Assembly (NCBI RefSeq): GCF_006345805.1
Contig: NC_043006.1
Coordinates: forward strand, 82,708,001 to 82,772,000
DNA from: Octopus sinensis
Taxonomy: Eukaryota
Direction: 5' to 3'
DNA: 64,000 nt
The notes under the pieces are model-generated. The model made no database searches, was not told the origin of the DNA, and saw only the letters and a program-made list of their open reading frames with translations. The translations under genes and the position numbers were made by a program. Below are positions 37,756 through 50,184 of the stretch, piece after piece (the first letter of the stretch is position 1; each line of letters begins with the position of its first letter).

Positions 37756-40669
37756 TCACTCGCTCCCGCACCTGAAACTGGTTTCATAATCAGCCAACCA
37801 GGGAGGAGGGTGCCGTACCCTCTGTGGTCGCTGTGCGACCCTAGGACTTGTTCCTGGTGTGTTGCTGATGGCCTCGTCATCCTGTTTGTTGTTTTCGTCT
37901 TGCCCACTGCTGCTGGTCCCATCCTCTGGGGCATGGACAATCCTCCGTATATCCAAAACGTGGCGTGGCATACCATCGACCGAGGTGTTATGTTTTTGAA
38001 TTTACAGAGGTTATTGTCCCCTTTCCCCATTGCGATGTACACCGCGCGTTTGGGGGTTTTACCCAGACTTCCTCCCCGACCTGCACGAAAGCGTGCTCTT
38101 CCTCTGCCCCGGGTCGCATTGATGTAGTACACGGATGCCTCCACTCGTACCTGAATATTGCCCTGTGTGGCACCGACTCCTCAGCCTGTCCTCATCTGGG
38201 CGACATATTGTACCAAAATACGGCCTCAACTGGTGGAATGTGACCCCTCTCTGACATGGCCTTGATGGTACGACGATGCCTTTCCACCACCCCATTTCCA
38301 CTTGGCCGGTATGCCGCCCTGAAGAAGCGGTTGACCTTCCACTCATCAAGCATTTCTCTCAGCACATCCGAGCGAAATGCAGTGCCGTTGTCCAGAAGCA
38401 GTTCATCTACGGGGCCTCGTTCCAGGAATATCTCATTCAACACTTTCACAATTTCTTCTGCGGTCCCCGACTTCATCTCCCTCCATATGGCCAACCGCCC
38501 CGGTCCGCAGTCAACCATTGAGAGGTATGTCCCCTGCCGGTAGTGTGTTATGTCCACCGCCAGTCGTTTCCAGTCCTGATCCACTGGAATACTTCCCGCC
38601 TCATGCACAACCGGAGCAGGGTCGATGGACTGGCACCTGTCAGAACTGCTAACCACTCTTTGCACGCTCTGTCTTGTTACGTCGGAGTCAACTTTTCTGG
38701 CTAGGAACAATGTCCTGTCCACACCCATGTGATGCATGGTGTGCAGTCTCCGCAATTCCGAGTCGCTCAGACGGCATACTGCAGCTACAGCCTGCTTCGC
38801 ATCCTCTGGCACCTGCAACCAGGCTCGCTTTACCCTGGTCAGGACGTCTGCCCTGTTCTTCTCGGAAGGCACAAAGATCACGCTCAGCTTCAGATTGAAC
38901 TCAGTAGTTAGTTCACGCAGTATTCCTAATCGACGCTTTACCAGCATCTCTGCAGCCCCTTTGGTCCGCACCCTCCGCTCATCGGTGATGACTGCTGTCG
39001 CCCAACCAAGTACTGTGGCCGAATCAGTCCTGATTTCTATGGTGTGCAACCCCCACTTCAAGGCTAGGTTCACCCCCTTCAACACGGCATCCAACTCCGC
39101 CACGTTGATATGATTGCAGTCATCCGTCTTCCTGAGCCAGGCTGCATCTTCCACCGTGACACCTCCCACTTCTAAGACAACCCCTATTGCGATGCTACTG
39201 GCATCACAACATACGATCCCGCTCTTTGATTTGGGAACATACCAGCTGCCCCTCACTGGGTCCTCTGCTCCTACTCTGACCAAGACTTCCTGCATCATGT
39301 CGATTGTCCTCTCCCCCACTCTGTCATTCCACTTCACTCCTTCGGCTCGTCTCTTGGTGAAGCTACATGCTGTCCGGAGCCAACCTGCAATCGGGTAGTG
39401 TCCCACCAGCTTCCCACACACAGAGAACAGTTCCCGTCTACTCATGCTGGCGCCCAGTTCAGGGACGTCATTCCCTCGCCGGAACCACAACGCGCCGGCC
39501 TTGTCTTTCCATAGCTTGAGGCCCAGTGCAGCACCTCCCTCCATTGCCTCTGGCGGCTTGGCGATCAGTCCAAAACTCTTCAGATGGCCTATGACCTCCG
39601 TTGCTGGTATCACGGTTTCATCCACCAGAATGTCATCGATGTATGAATTGGTGGCCCTTTTTACTCTGTCCATCTTCCCCAGGATGGCCTTGAGAATTGT
39701 TGCCATAATCTTTGGCGCTGAATTCAGCCCGAATCCCAACCTGGTCAGACAGTACGTCCGGCCCCTATACCTGACGAGCTGGTACTTCCATAATTTCTCA
39801 GCCACATGCACCTGTAGGTATGCCGACTTCAAATCAACAATCATGGAGGCCCCCGTCGTCTGCCTCCACTCTCGCAAGGTGTCTCCGCAGACATCCGTGG
39901 CCTCGCCGCCTGTATGACACGACACGTGGTCATTCAGCTCTCGGAAGTCAAGCACTGGCCTGACCTTATGCTTTGTGGGCTGTATCACCGCCATGAGTGG
40001 CAGGACTCTGCTGTCTTCTTTTTCCCAAGGGATCAATATGCCCTCCTTAATCCACCGCTCCACCTCCCCCTCGAACTCACTTCTGGCATCTCCTTTTAGA
40101 GTATGCTGATAGCAGCCCACTTTATTCTTTAACATCGGGGGCTCTCCCTTCCAGTGCCACTCCACTGTCCACCTCTTGCCATCAAAGACAGCCCGAAAAT
40201 CCTGGTCTTCAATGGTGTGTGCCACATCCTTTTCCTCACGGTTGTCGCCGGTGCACGGTCTCGCCCTACACGGTTTCCCCGCTAACCCAAAGGTTACACC
40301 AGCCTCGTTAACGGTGACACCCCCCAAGCGGGTGATTGCATCCATCCCCATCACCACGTCAATCTCGTCCACCAAGTGACCAACCACAATCTCTCGCAAC
40401 GTCAGCTGTAGTCCCTGCACTAGAATCTGCGCATCCGTAACCCCTTCGCAGTGTACTTCTCTTCCGTCGACAGCCCTAACACTGCTTCCTCCACTCCATG
40501 TCTCTTCCACTTCTGTAGTCATCAGGGTCGTTGTACAGCCCGTGTCCACCAGGGCTCGTGACATCTTCCCCTTCACTAGAATGTCGACCACAGGTAGCGA
40601 TGATAAACGCGCCACTACTGATCTAAAGGGACAACTACCAGCGCAGTAGTCTCCCGCAGTCCGTTTCCC
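37756..40669 (-). pseudogene. pol: protease, RT, RNase H, integrase
   Basis: LVDTGC, VRPVLDFRELN, DLKSAYLQ, YIDD, CDASS...HINVAELDAV...TDS, HHMGVDRT, LAVDI, DNGTAF, GVVER. A premature TGA at 38192 and a frameshift near 37985 disrupt the integrase C-terminus. Confidence 0.92.
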
Positions 40670-41376
40670 CGCAGACACTCGCTGGCTACCTGCCCCGGCT
40701 CTCGACACCGGTAGCAAATCAGCTCAGGCTTGGGCGACACGCAGTCACGCACCATGTGTGGACCTTGGCACCGGAAACACTGTCCTTTGAACGGTCGCAC
40801 ACGTTCTTTCTTCAGCCCCTCTCCGCTGCTCCTAGCTGGGCCACTTTTCGACGTTGCAGTCGCTGCTACCGACGTCATCATGCTGCACGAAACTAGTACA
40901 CGTGCCCGAGATATGATGTCAGCCATCGGCATCGAATGCACGTTCTGGAGCTTCTGTAGCTCGACCGACATGATGTCGGGAAAACCGGTCACGAACGCCA
41001 ACCTAACCGTCCGTTCCAGCGACTCTCCCTCGTAACCCGCCAATTTAGCCAGTCTTCTAAGCTCATTGGTAAACACGTCCACCTGTTGCCCAGTCCATCT
41101 CATTCTACCCAGGCGAGCGCATGCCTCGAACATTCCCTCCGCTAAGGCCTCCATCAGTCGGATTTCTACTTTCACCGCGCTAAGTTGGTCCGTCTCCTCC
41201 ATCTCTAAATATAACGCCAACGCCGGGCCATCCAAGTACAGCAGCATGAAGCTCGCCAGGTCACCTATACCATGGAGCTTCGCCACCAACTTCACTCTCT
41301 TCAACCAAGTGACCACATCTGTGTCGCCGCAAAACGGTGTAATAAGTTCGTGCGAAACCCGAGCACTCTGCATCAT
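40615..41376 (-). CDS. gag (253 aa) with zinc knuckles
   Basis: Open ORF with CFRCQGPHMVRDC and a degenerate CYRCREPGQVASEC. Confidence 0.9.
   Translation of the reverse strand: MMQSARVSHELITPFCGDTDVVTWLKRVKLVAKLHGIGDLASFMLLYLDGPALALYLEMEETDQLSAVKVEIRLMEALAEGMFEACARLGRMRWTGQQVDVFTNELRRLAKLAGYEGESLERTVRLAFVTGFPDIMSVELQKLQNVHSMPMADIISRARVLVSCSMMTSVAATATSKSGPARSSGEGLKKERVRPFKGQCFRCQGPHMVRDCVSPKPELICYRCREPGQVASECLRGNGLRETTALVVVPLDQ
40628..40669 (-). other. Putative -1 ribosomal frameshift signal (G GGA AAC plus downstream hairpin)
   Basis: Heptamer 40663-40669 is in gag codon phase, and pol is in the -1 frame. A 7-nt spacer is followed by a GGGA-g-ACTAC...GTAGT-tg-TCCC hairpin. Confidence 0.75.
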
Positions 41377-41406
41377 TTTTTTATTTATAAAACCGAGTGT
41401 TTATAT

Positions 41407-41418
41407 GCCGAAATAGCT
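41407..41418 (-). other. Atypical primer-binding site complementary to tRNA-Phe nt 1-12
   Basis: Plus strand GCCGAAATAGCT equals the 5' end of eukaryotic tRNA-Phe(GAA) and is flush with the 5' LTR. Confidence 0.75.
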
Positions 41419-41665
41419 TGTGGTGTGAACGATGAAAGAGGACAACAGAAATAAGGGAGAATGGAAATACAATCGGGCCTACCTCGACGAAGATTAGTTC
41501 GGATCCCTCTCAGCCAACTCGATACGTCTCGTGCCTTCGTCGTCTCTACAGCAACTCATCGATCCCACACGTGCGTCCTCCCTGCCGCTTCCGCTTCCTG
41601 CCGCGCATGCGCCCAGAAGCCCTACTTCCGCCCTCCCCTTCTGTCATCCTCTCAACAACACCACA
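41419..41665 (-). repeat. 5' LTR
   Basis: Direct repeat of 37470-37719. Confidence 0.95.
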
Positions 41666-41704
41666 ATAATAATGATAATAATAATATAATAATAATAATA
41701 ATAA

Positions 41705-41735
<31 letters not shown>

Positions 41736-41752
41736 AAGAAGAAGAAAGAGAA

Positions 41753-42133
41753 AAAGATGGTATTGGCACACATCAGAAAAGGTCACAGAAAACGAGAAAG
41801 ACCATACTCTGGGATATTCCGATACACACAGAGGAGAAATTAAGGCCAACAGACCAGATATAGTTGTCAGAGATCATGAAGAAAAAAATGCTTTCTAATT
41901 GATGTATCAATACCGGCAGGTGACAACGTGTCTCTAAAAGAAATAGAGAAACTTTCAAAATACAAAGACCTGGAAATAGAGGTAACCAGAATGTGGAATC
42001 TAAAAGCAGAAACAATTCCTATCATAGTAGGTGCATTAGGCATGATAAAAAAATTCAGACAAATACATAACAAAAACTACAGGACTTACAAACACATATG
42101 ACATAGAGAAAATTGCACTACTAGGCACTGCAT
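41753..42133 (+). mobile_element. R4/Dong LINE 3' fragment
   Basis: KRWYWHT...RPDIVVRDHEEK; same (GAA)n 5' junction as the copy at 43843. Confidence 0.9.
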
Positions 42134-42148
42134 ATATATATATATATG

Positions 42149-43583
42149 TATAGGCAAAAGGCCTGAAATTTAAGAAAATTACATCGACCCCTGTACGCAA
42201 TTGACACTGATTTCCTCAGCCGAAAGGATGAAATGCGAAGTAGACCTCAGTGGAATTTCAATTCAGAACGTAAAAGCGGGAGAAATACTGCAAAGAATTT
42301 TACCCAGTGTGCTAATGTTTTTGTTGCAGTCTCAAATGCTCAATTCCCATATATATCATTTATTTTAATTTAATCCCCATCTCAGATCCTAGTGTCATAA
42401 ATCTGGCATGAAATAAAATTTAACATAATGAACTGCAGGGAGTTACATATGTAGTTAATTCAATCATTATCTTACGGGTTGTGAAAATGAACCAGACTGC
42501 CTACCTGCCTCTTTTCTCTTTCCTATCCCCAACATGTTCACTAACTGCCCTGTAAGCTATAAATCTTTTGAACGCCTTACGCACTAGCTAACCATATAAT
42601 GTCTTTCTAGCTTTGCTATGTTCTCTCATTCAAAGCTAGCCTCAGCTGGAATCAGCTTCGGCTGGCCCACTGTGGTGAAATGTTGTTCATATATTGTTTG
42701 AAATGTTATGCATCACCTAATGAAAGCGTTTCTTTTTGTTATGATACAATGTACTTATTAATCCATTAAAGATATCCGCAGGAAACAGCTGTAATGAAGT
42801 GGCGCGTATCCATCGTTTTGTTAATTTTTTGTTCATAATGCACCTCATTGGAATTCCGACCCGTCTGGAGTATACCAAATACTGTACGACCAATATAATG
42901 TAGAGTATTTGGTTTGGCCATTAGGCTATTAGAATACTCATGAGGTTTAAATTCTCTCTATATATAACCTGAATATTTCTGGATGTACTTCTGTACCCAT
43001 GATATTTATTCGACTTAAGTGGCTGCTTACAAATCAATTCGACCCAACCTGATATCTATAATTTAAGTACCCGATTCTTTCCAATCTTTAATATCGTATA
43101 TATATATATATATGTATTTATTTATGTGTCTGTGTTTTTGTGTCTCCTCAGGCTGATGTACAGAAAATTGCAGGAAGTACAGTATTACCAGTGGTAGGTG
43201 AAAAGAATTTCTTTGACCGCGTGGTTGGACAGGAAATAGATGGCGACAGTGCATCTGTATTGGGTAGGGAATCATTGGGGCTTGTGAGCATATGAGCTTG
43301 TGTGCACGTATGCCCGTGCACATGTGAGTGTGTGGGTGGGTGTATATTTATAAGTAGGTTTTTGTGCTTGTGATGGCTACTCAACCTGAATAAAATTCTA
43401 ACTGGGCTTCACTTGCATGGTCATGCGCTGTTTAACTTGACATGAGATCATCATGTCGCACACATGTAGCTGTGATACATGTGCTTGGAGTATCCTCATT
43501 GGACGGGTAGTCATGATGGGTGTACTGGGTCCGTATATTTGTACCCCAGTCTCACTTTGATGACACACTCTGCTCTCTAACTC
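42149..43583. repeat. Triplicated block, copy B
   Basis: Colinear with copies A and C. Confidence 0.92.
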
Positions 43584-43638
43584 AATAATAATAATAATAA
43601 TAATGATAATAATAAAAATGATAAGGATAATAATAATA

Positions 43639-43683
<45 letters not shown>

Positions 43684-43753
43684 TAATAATAATAATAACA
43701 ACAACAACAACAATAATAATAATAATGATAATAATAATAACAACAACAACAAC

Positions 43754-43834
<81 letters not shown>

Positions 43835-43842
43835 AAGAAGAA

Positions 43843-44358
43843 AAAAGATGGTATTGGCACACACGAGAAAAGGTCAAAGAAAACGAGAAAGCAACCATAC
43901 TCTGGGATATGACGATATACACAGAGGAGAAATTAAGGCCAACAGACCAGATATAGTTGTCAGAGATCATGAAGAAAAAAAAATGCTTTCTAATTGATGT
44001 ATCAATACCGGCAGGTGACAACGTGTCTCTAAAAGAAATGGAGAAACTTTCAAAATACAAAGACCTGGAAATAGAGGTAACCAGAATGTGGAATCTAAAA
44101 GCAGAAACAATTCCTATCATGGTAGGTGCATCAGGCATGATAAAAAATATTCAGACAAATACATAACAAAAACACCAGGTTTTACAAACACATGCCATAG
44201 AGAAAATTGCACTACTAGGCACAGCACACATCCTACGCAGAACACTTTCCATACAATAACCATCAGAGCATCACAACAAATCACAGCACATACCAAAGGC
44301 ACACAGAGCTGCGCTCGGTAGTGAAGTCAAAGCACGCTATAAAAATAAAACTACTGAA
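43843..44358 (+). mobile_element. R4/Dong LINE 3' fragment
   Basis: RLE region plus 3' UTR, followed by (TAA)n. Confidence 0.9.
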
Positions 44359-44360
44359 TG

Positions 44361-44432
<72 letters not shown>

Positions 44433-44440
44433 GTAATACT

Positions 44441-47400
44441 AACTGAAATTTATTACTATTTTCGAAACGAAATGATGTATTTTGACTCGATATTATCTCC
44501 ACCTCTAACACAACACATGTAAACATGCGTGGAACATCACGATCATCCCCGACCTCAAACACCATGTACAAAGGAACTACGAAGAAATTAAATGCCACCG
44601 ATACTATTCAACCCAAGAATAACAATCGAGCGGTACAACAAAAAATGTACGAAAAACTACACGTGCGAAATAATGTGACAACAGAAATAAACGGACCGGT
44701 ACCTTACGAAAATGACGACCGTCAAAATAATGGGCCGGACGTTGTACCTCATGTCCCGCAAATAAAACCCAAAATACGTAAATGGACACGTGGGGAATAC
44801 ATTTCTATCTTACACGCATACTTCACAGCAATGCTCTACCCAAAAAATGAAAATACAACAACACATACATATAAAATATGGAAGGAAAATAATAGAGATA
44901 TAGACTTGGATACAGCAATGAACCCTAATAAATTAGCTAACGTACGAAGATACATTCTCAAAGCCAAAAAATATCAGAAATAGAAATAGAACATTTAAAA
45001 GAAAAAATACACCAGGAAAATGTAGATAGAAGCCACACAACAATGCCCAATAATATAAACACTGAAACTGTAAAACACGAAGACAAACGCAACATTCCCA
45101 ACAAACACGATGTAAACAACGAAGGGGAGCCTAATGATTATGATAATAAAAAAAAAAATAATCAAAGAACTGAAAACCACAGAGCCCAAAATGGACCACC
45201 GACCATACCTCCCAAGAATAAAAATAAACGAAATAACAACACCAATTATAAACAGTATAAACCTAGCCGTCACTGAACTAGCCACTGAAACAAAAAAAAG
45301 TGATATCACTGAACTAAATGACTTGATATACGCAGCAGCCACTGCAGCCACAAAAGAAGCTGGATACTCACCCAAACCCGCCCAAACAGGAGTACCACCA
45401 CCCAAACAAACCCTGTGGATAAATAACATCCAAAACAAAATAAAAAAAATTAGAAAAGACCTGTCGATTCTTAATGAAATCAGCAAACAATCAACGCTAC
45501 TGAGCAACAAAAAGAGAACAAAAATGCTCCGCAAATATAACATCACAGAAAAAGATTTGCCGGAGATAAAAGAAAAGCTGAAGCAAGATATCCTTGCCAA
45601 AGCTCAAAGGATCCGCCGGTACGAGAAACGCCAACGCTTCTTTGAACAGAACAAAAAGTTCAACTCCGACCCCAAAAAGTTCTACCAAGAACTGGGCAAA
45701 AATAAAATAGAAGTTACTGCAGCACCAACGGCAGAAGAATTGGAAGAATTCTGGGGAGAAATATGGTCGGCGAACGAACCACCAAAAAAAAGGAGTATCA
45801 GAAAAACAAACTCGGCATCTGAACAACTTTGGACCCCCATCACAACTGAAGAGGTCACCCAGGCACTGCAAAAACTAAGCAACTGGAAGATCCCCAACTT
45901 CTGGTTGAAATATCTAACAGGAATGCACAAAAAGCTGGCTGAAAACTTTAACAGCATACTAGCAGAGCCAGAGACAATGCCTGAATGGCTCACGAAGGGG
46001 AAAACCATCTTAATTCCCAAATCAAATGAAACAGAAAAACCAGAAAACTACAGACCAATAACCTGCCTCCCTACTATGTTCAAGGCATTTACTGCAGTGA
46101 TATCGCAAAGGCTGAACAAGCACCTGGACGAAAACAAACTGTTCCCAGAAGAGCAGAAATGATGCCGCAAAGGCTCATATAGCTGTAAAGATCAACTAAT
46201 GATTAATAAAGCCGTAACTGAAGACAGCCACAGAAAGAAGAAAGGCCTCAGTATGGCCTGGATTGACTACCAAAAGGCGTTTGATAGCATCCCCCACACA
46301 TGGATCCTCGAAACACTAGCCATTAACAAAGTAGCACCAACAATCATAAAATTCATAGAGCACTCTATGAATAAATGGCAAACAGTCCTACACCTCCAAA
46401 CAAAAGAGGGACTCATGAAAACCAAAGACATCCCCATTAGAAGAGGAATATTCCAGGGAGACACGCTCTCCCCACTCCTTTTCTGCTTGGCACTGTCACC
46501 TCTATCTGATATGCTAAATAGAACTGGATGCGGATATAAATGTTACGGCAAAACGATCAGCCACCTTTTATATATGGATGACCTAAAACTATACGCTGCA
46601 AATGACAAACAGCTGGAAACACTATTAAAGACAGTTCATGGATTTACCAAAGAAATAGATATGAAATTTGGATTAGAAAAATGCGCCAAAGTAACCATGA
46701 AAAGAGGAAAACTAGTTAAGAGTAACAACATCACACTAGATAAAACCAATGAAATAAAAGAATTAGACCAAAGCCAAACTTACAAATACTTAGGAATCCA
46801 TGAACTAGATAAGACACAACACACACAAATGAAAGAGAAAATAAAAAAAGAATATTATAGACGAGTTAGATCAATACTAAAAACAGAACTCAATGCTAAA
46901 AACAAGATAATAGGTATCAACACTTTAGCTGTCCCAGTTATAAGTTACAGCTACAATATCCTTAAGTGGACACGAAATGAACTGTCCAAAATAGATAGGA
47001 AAACAAGAAAAATACTGACAGGATCTAGGATGCATCACCCAAAATCTGACATAGAAAGACTATATATACAACGTATAGAAGGTGGTAGAGGCCTTATACA
47101 GCTGGAAAACTACTATAAAATAACCACCATAGGACTGCAAAAATACCTACTTCAGAAGGAAGGAAAACTGATCCAGATAGCAGCAAAACACGAGCAAAAC
47201 AAAAAACTGTTCTCAGTATTTAAGGAAGCTGACAAATACAAACAAGAAATCATACCACCTAATAAACACGAAGAAGAAGAAGAAGATGATGAAGAAACAA
47301 CAAAAGCTATAACACAAATGAAATCCAAACTAAAAATAGAACACCAACGAACCATGATAAAACGATGGCAAGAAAAGCCCCTTCATGGTAAATACTGGAC

Positions 47401-48219
47401 TAAACTAAACGCAAAAGAAATAGACAAAGAAAAATCCCAGCAATGGTTGAGAAGCTCAGGACTCAAAGCAGTGACAGAGGGATTTTTAATTGCAACACAA
47501 GACCAAAGCCTCCCCACCAGAAATTACCAAAAACATGTAAGGAAAAGTAACTGCAGAATATGTGGAGATGGACAAGAAACAATAAATCATATTATCTCTA
47601 GCTGCCCAGTCCTGGCTAAGAAGGAATATATTCACAGACATGACAGAGTTGGAACCTACATACATTGGAAGCTATGCCAACATTATGGAATGACAACAGA
47701 AAAAAGATGGTATAGGCACACACCAGAAAAGGTCACAGAAAACGAGAAAGCAACCATACTCTGGGATATGCCGATACACACAGATAGAGAAATTAAGGCC
47801 AACAGACCAGATATAGTTGTCAGAGATCATGAAGAAAAAAAATGCTTTCTAATTGATGTATCAATACCGGCAGATGACGATGTGCCTCTAAAAGAAATGG
47901 AGAAACTCTCAAAATACACAGACCTGGAAATAGAGGTAACTAGAATGTGGAATCTGAAAACAGAAACAATTCCTATCATAGTAGGTGCATTAGGCATGAT
48001 AAAAAAATATTCAGACAAATACATAACAAAAACACCAGGACTTACAAACACATATAACATACAGAAAATTGCACTACTAGGCACTGCACACATCCTACGC
48101 AGAACACTTTCCATACAATAACCATCAGAGCATCACAACAAATCACAGCACATACCCAAGGCACACAGAGCTGCGCTCGGTAGTGAAGTCAAAGCACGCT
48201 ATAAAAATAAAACTACTGA
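44441..48219 (+). mobile_element. Near full-length R4/Dong-clade RLE LINE inserted in (TAA)n
   Basis: ORF pieces 44525-44983, 45134-46162 and 46199-48121: RKWTRGE, NYRPITCL, WIDYQKAFDS, GIFQGDTLSP, YMDD, CRICGDGQETINHIISSC, RPDIVV...IDVSIP. Two frameshifts, a TGA at 46160, and a (TAA)n tail. Confidence 0.93.
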
Positions 48220-48278
48220 ATAATAATAATAACAACAACAACAACAACAACAACAATAATTATAATAATAATTACTAC

Positions 48279-49490
48279 TATAGGCAAAAGGCCTGAAATT
48301 ACATCGACCCCTGTACGCATTTGACACTGATATCCTCAGCCGAAGAGATGAAATGCGAAGTAGACCTCAGTGGAATTTGAATTCAGAACGTAAAAGCGGG
48401 AGAAGTACTGGAAAGAATGTTACCCAGTGTGCTAATGCTTTTGTTGCAGTCTCAAGTGCTTAATTCCCATATATATCATTTATTTTAATTTAATCCCCAT
48501 CTCAGATCCTAGTGTCATAAATCTGGCATGAAATAAAATTTAACATAATGAACTGCAGGGAGTTACATATGTAGTTAATTCAATCATTATCTTACGGGTT
48601 GTGAAAATGAACCAGACTGCCTACCTGCCTCTTTTCTCTTTCCTATCCCCAACATGTTCACTAACTGCCCTGTAAGCTATAAATCTTTTGAACGCCTTAC
48701 GCACTAGCTAACCATTTAATGTCTTTCTAGCTTTGCTATGTTCTCTCATTCAAAGCTAGCCTCAGCTGGAATCAGCTTCGGCTGGCCCACTGTGGTGAAA
48801 TGTTGTTCATATATTGTTTGAAATGTTATGCATCACCTAATGAAAGCGTTTCTTTTTGTTATGATACAATGTACTAATTAATCCATTAAAGATATCCGCA
48901 GGAAACAGCTGTAATGAAGTGGCGCGTATCCATCGTTTTGTTAATTTTTTGTTCATAATGCACCTCATTGGAATTCCGACCCGTCTGGAGTATACCAAAT
49001 ACTGTACGACCAATATAATGTAGAGCTTTGGTTTGGCCATTATGCTATTAAAATACTCATGAGGTTTAAATTCTCTATATATATAACCTGAATATTTCTG
49101 GATGTACTTCTGTACCCATGATATTTATTCGACTTAAGGGGCTGTTTACAAATTAATTCGACCCAACCTGATATCTATAATTTAAGTACCCAATTCTTTT
49201 CAATCTTTAATATCGTATATATATATATATGTATATATTTATGTGTTTGTGTTTTTGTGTCTCCTCAGGCTGGTGTACAGAAAATTGCAAGAAGTGCAGT
49301 AATGCCAGTGGTAGGTGAAAAGAATTTCTTTGACCGCGTGGTTGGACAGGAAATAGATGGCGACAGTGCGTCTGGGTAGGGTAGGGAATCATTGTTGTTT
49401 GTGAGCATATGAGCTTGTGTGCACGTGTGCCCGTGCACATGTGAGTGTGTGGTTGGGTGTATATTTGCAAGTAGGTTTCTGTGCGTGTGT
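48279..49490. repeat. Triplicated block, copy C (lacks repeat X)
   Basis: Colinear with copies A and B. Confidence 0.92.
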
Positions 49491-50184
49491 CCCTGCGCTT
49501 GTGATTGTGCCTGTTTCTGTGTGTGCGCTGTATTTATTTTTATTTTCATTTTCAATCGTTTGTGTGTAAGTGATGTTAATATTAAGAAGTCGATGATAAA
49601 CTATAGGCTAGGTGTCTGGAAAAGAGATTTAGAGAAATATTGGTGATCATGCTTGTTGAAGAAGAGTGTAGCTTTATTTATGGACGCATTACAACCAATC
49701 AAATAATTCTTCAAAAATAATGTTTCAGAAATCGAGGGAATTTTGCCTAATTCACTATCATCATTAATTCGGTTTCCTTGCCTACAATCATCAATGGTAA
49801 TGAATGTTGGGTAATGACTGAAAGAATCCGATCGGCAATGCAAGAGGCTGAAATGGGATTCTTCCGAAAGGTCTAAGTAATAATATTACTTGAGAACGTG
49901 CATGGCTCGTAGATCAGGCTCTATCTCTACTTCTCTGCTCTCAGAGTCCACAACCGCAGTTCTATGTACTTGTGATTAGAATGTCGCAGGAAAGAATCGT
50001 CAGACAGATTCATCAAGCTGATTTATCCAACAGGAGACAAAGAACTAAGCTAAAAAAAAAAAAGCAAGAATAAGAATAATATAAATGTGATTGGTAAAAA
50101 ACAGAGTATTGAAGATGAACATTTGAAAGATCATATATTCAACTCTGTAGATACTAAATATACGGTTAGTACAAACAATATTTA

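Larger units (their letters stand above)
37470..41665 (-). mobile_element. Full-length Ty3/Gypsy-type LTR retrotransposon (4.2 kb)
   Basis: LTRs 37470-37719 and 41419-41665 (TG...CA, terminal IR TGTGGTGT/ACACCACA, about 94% identical by eye). ATAAT on both flanks within (AAT)n. Order gag-PR-RT-RH-INT. Confidence 0.95.
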
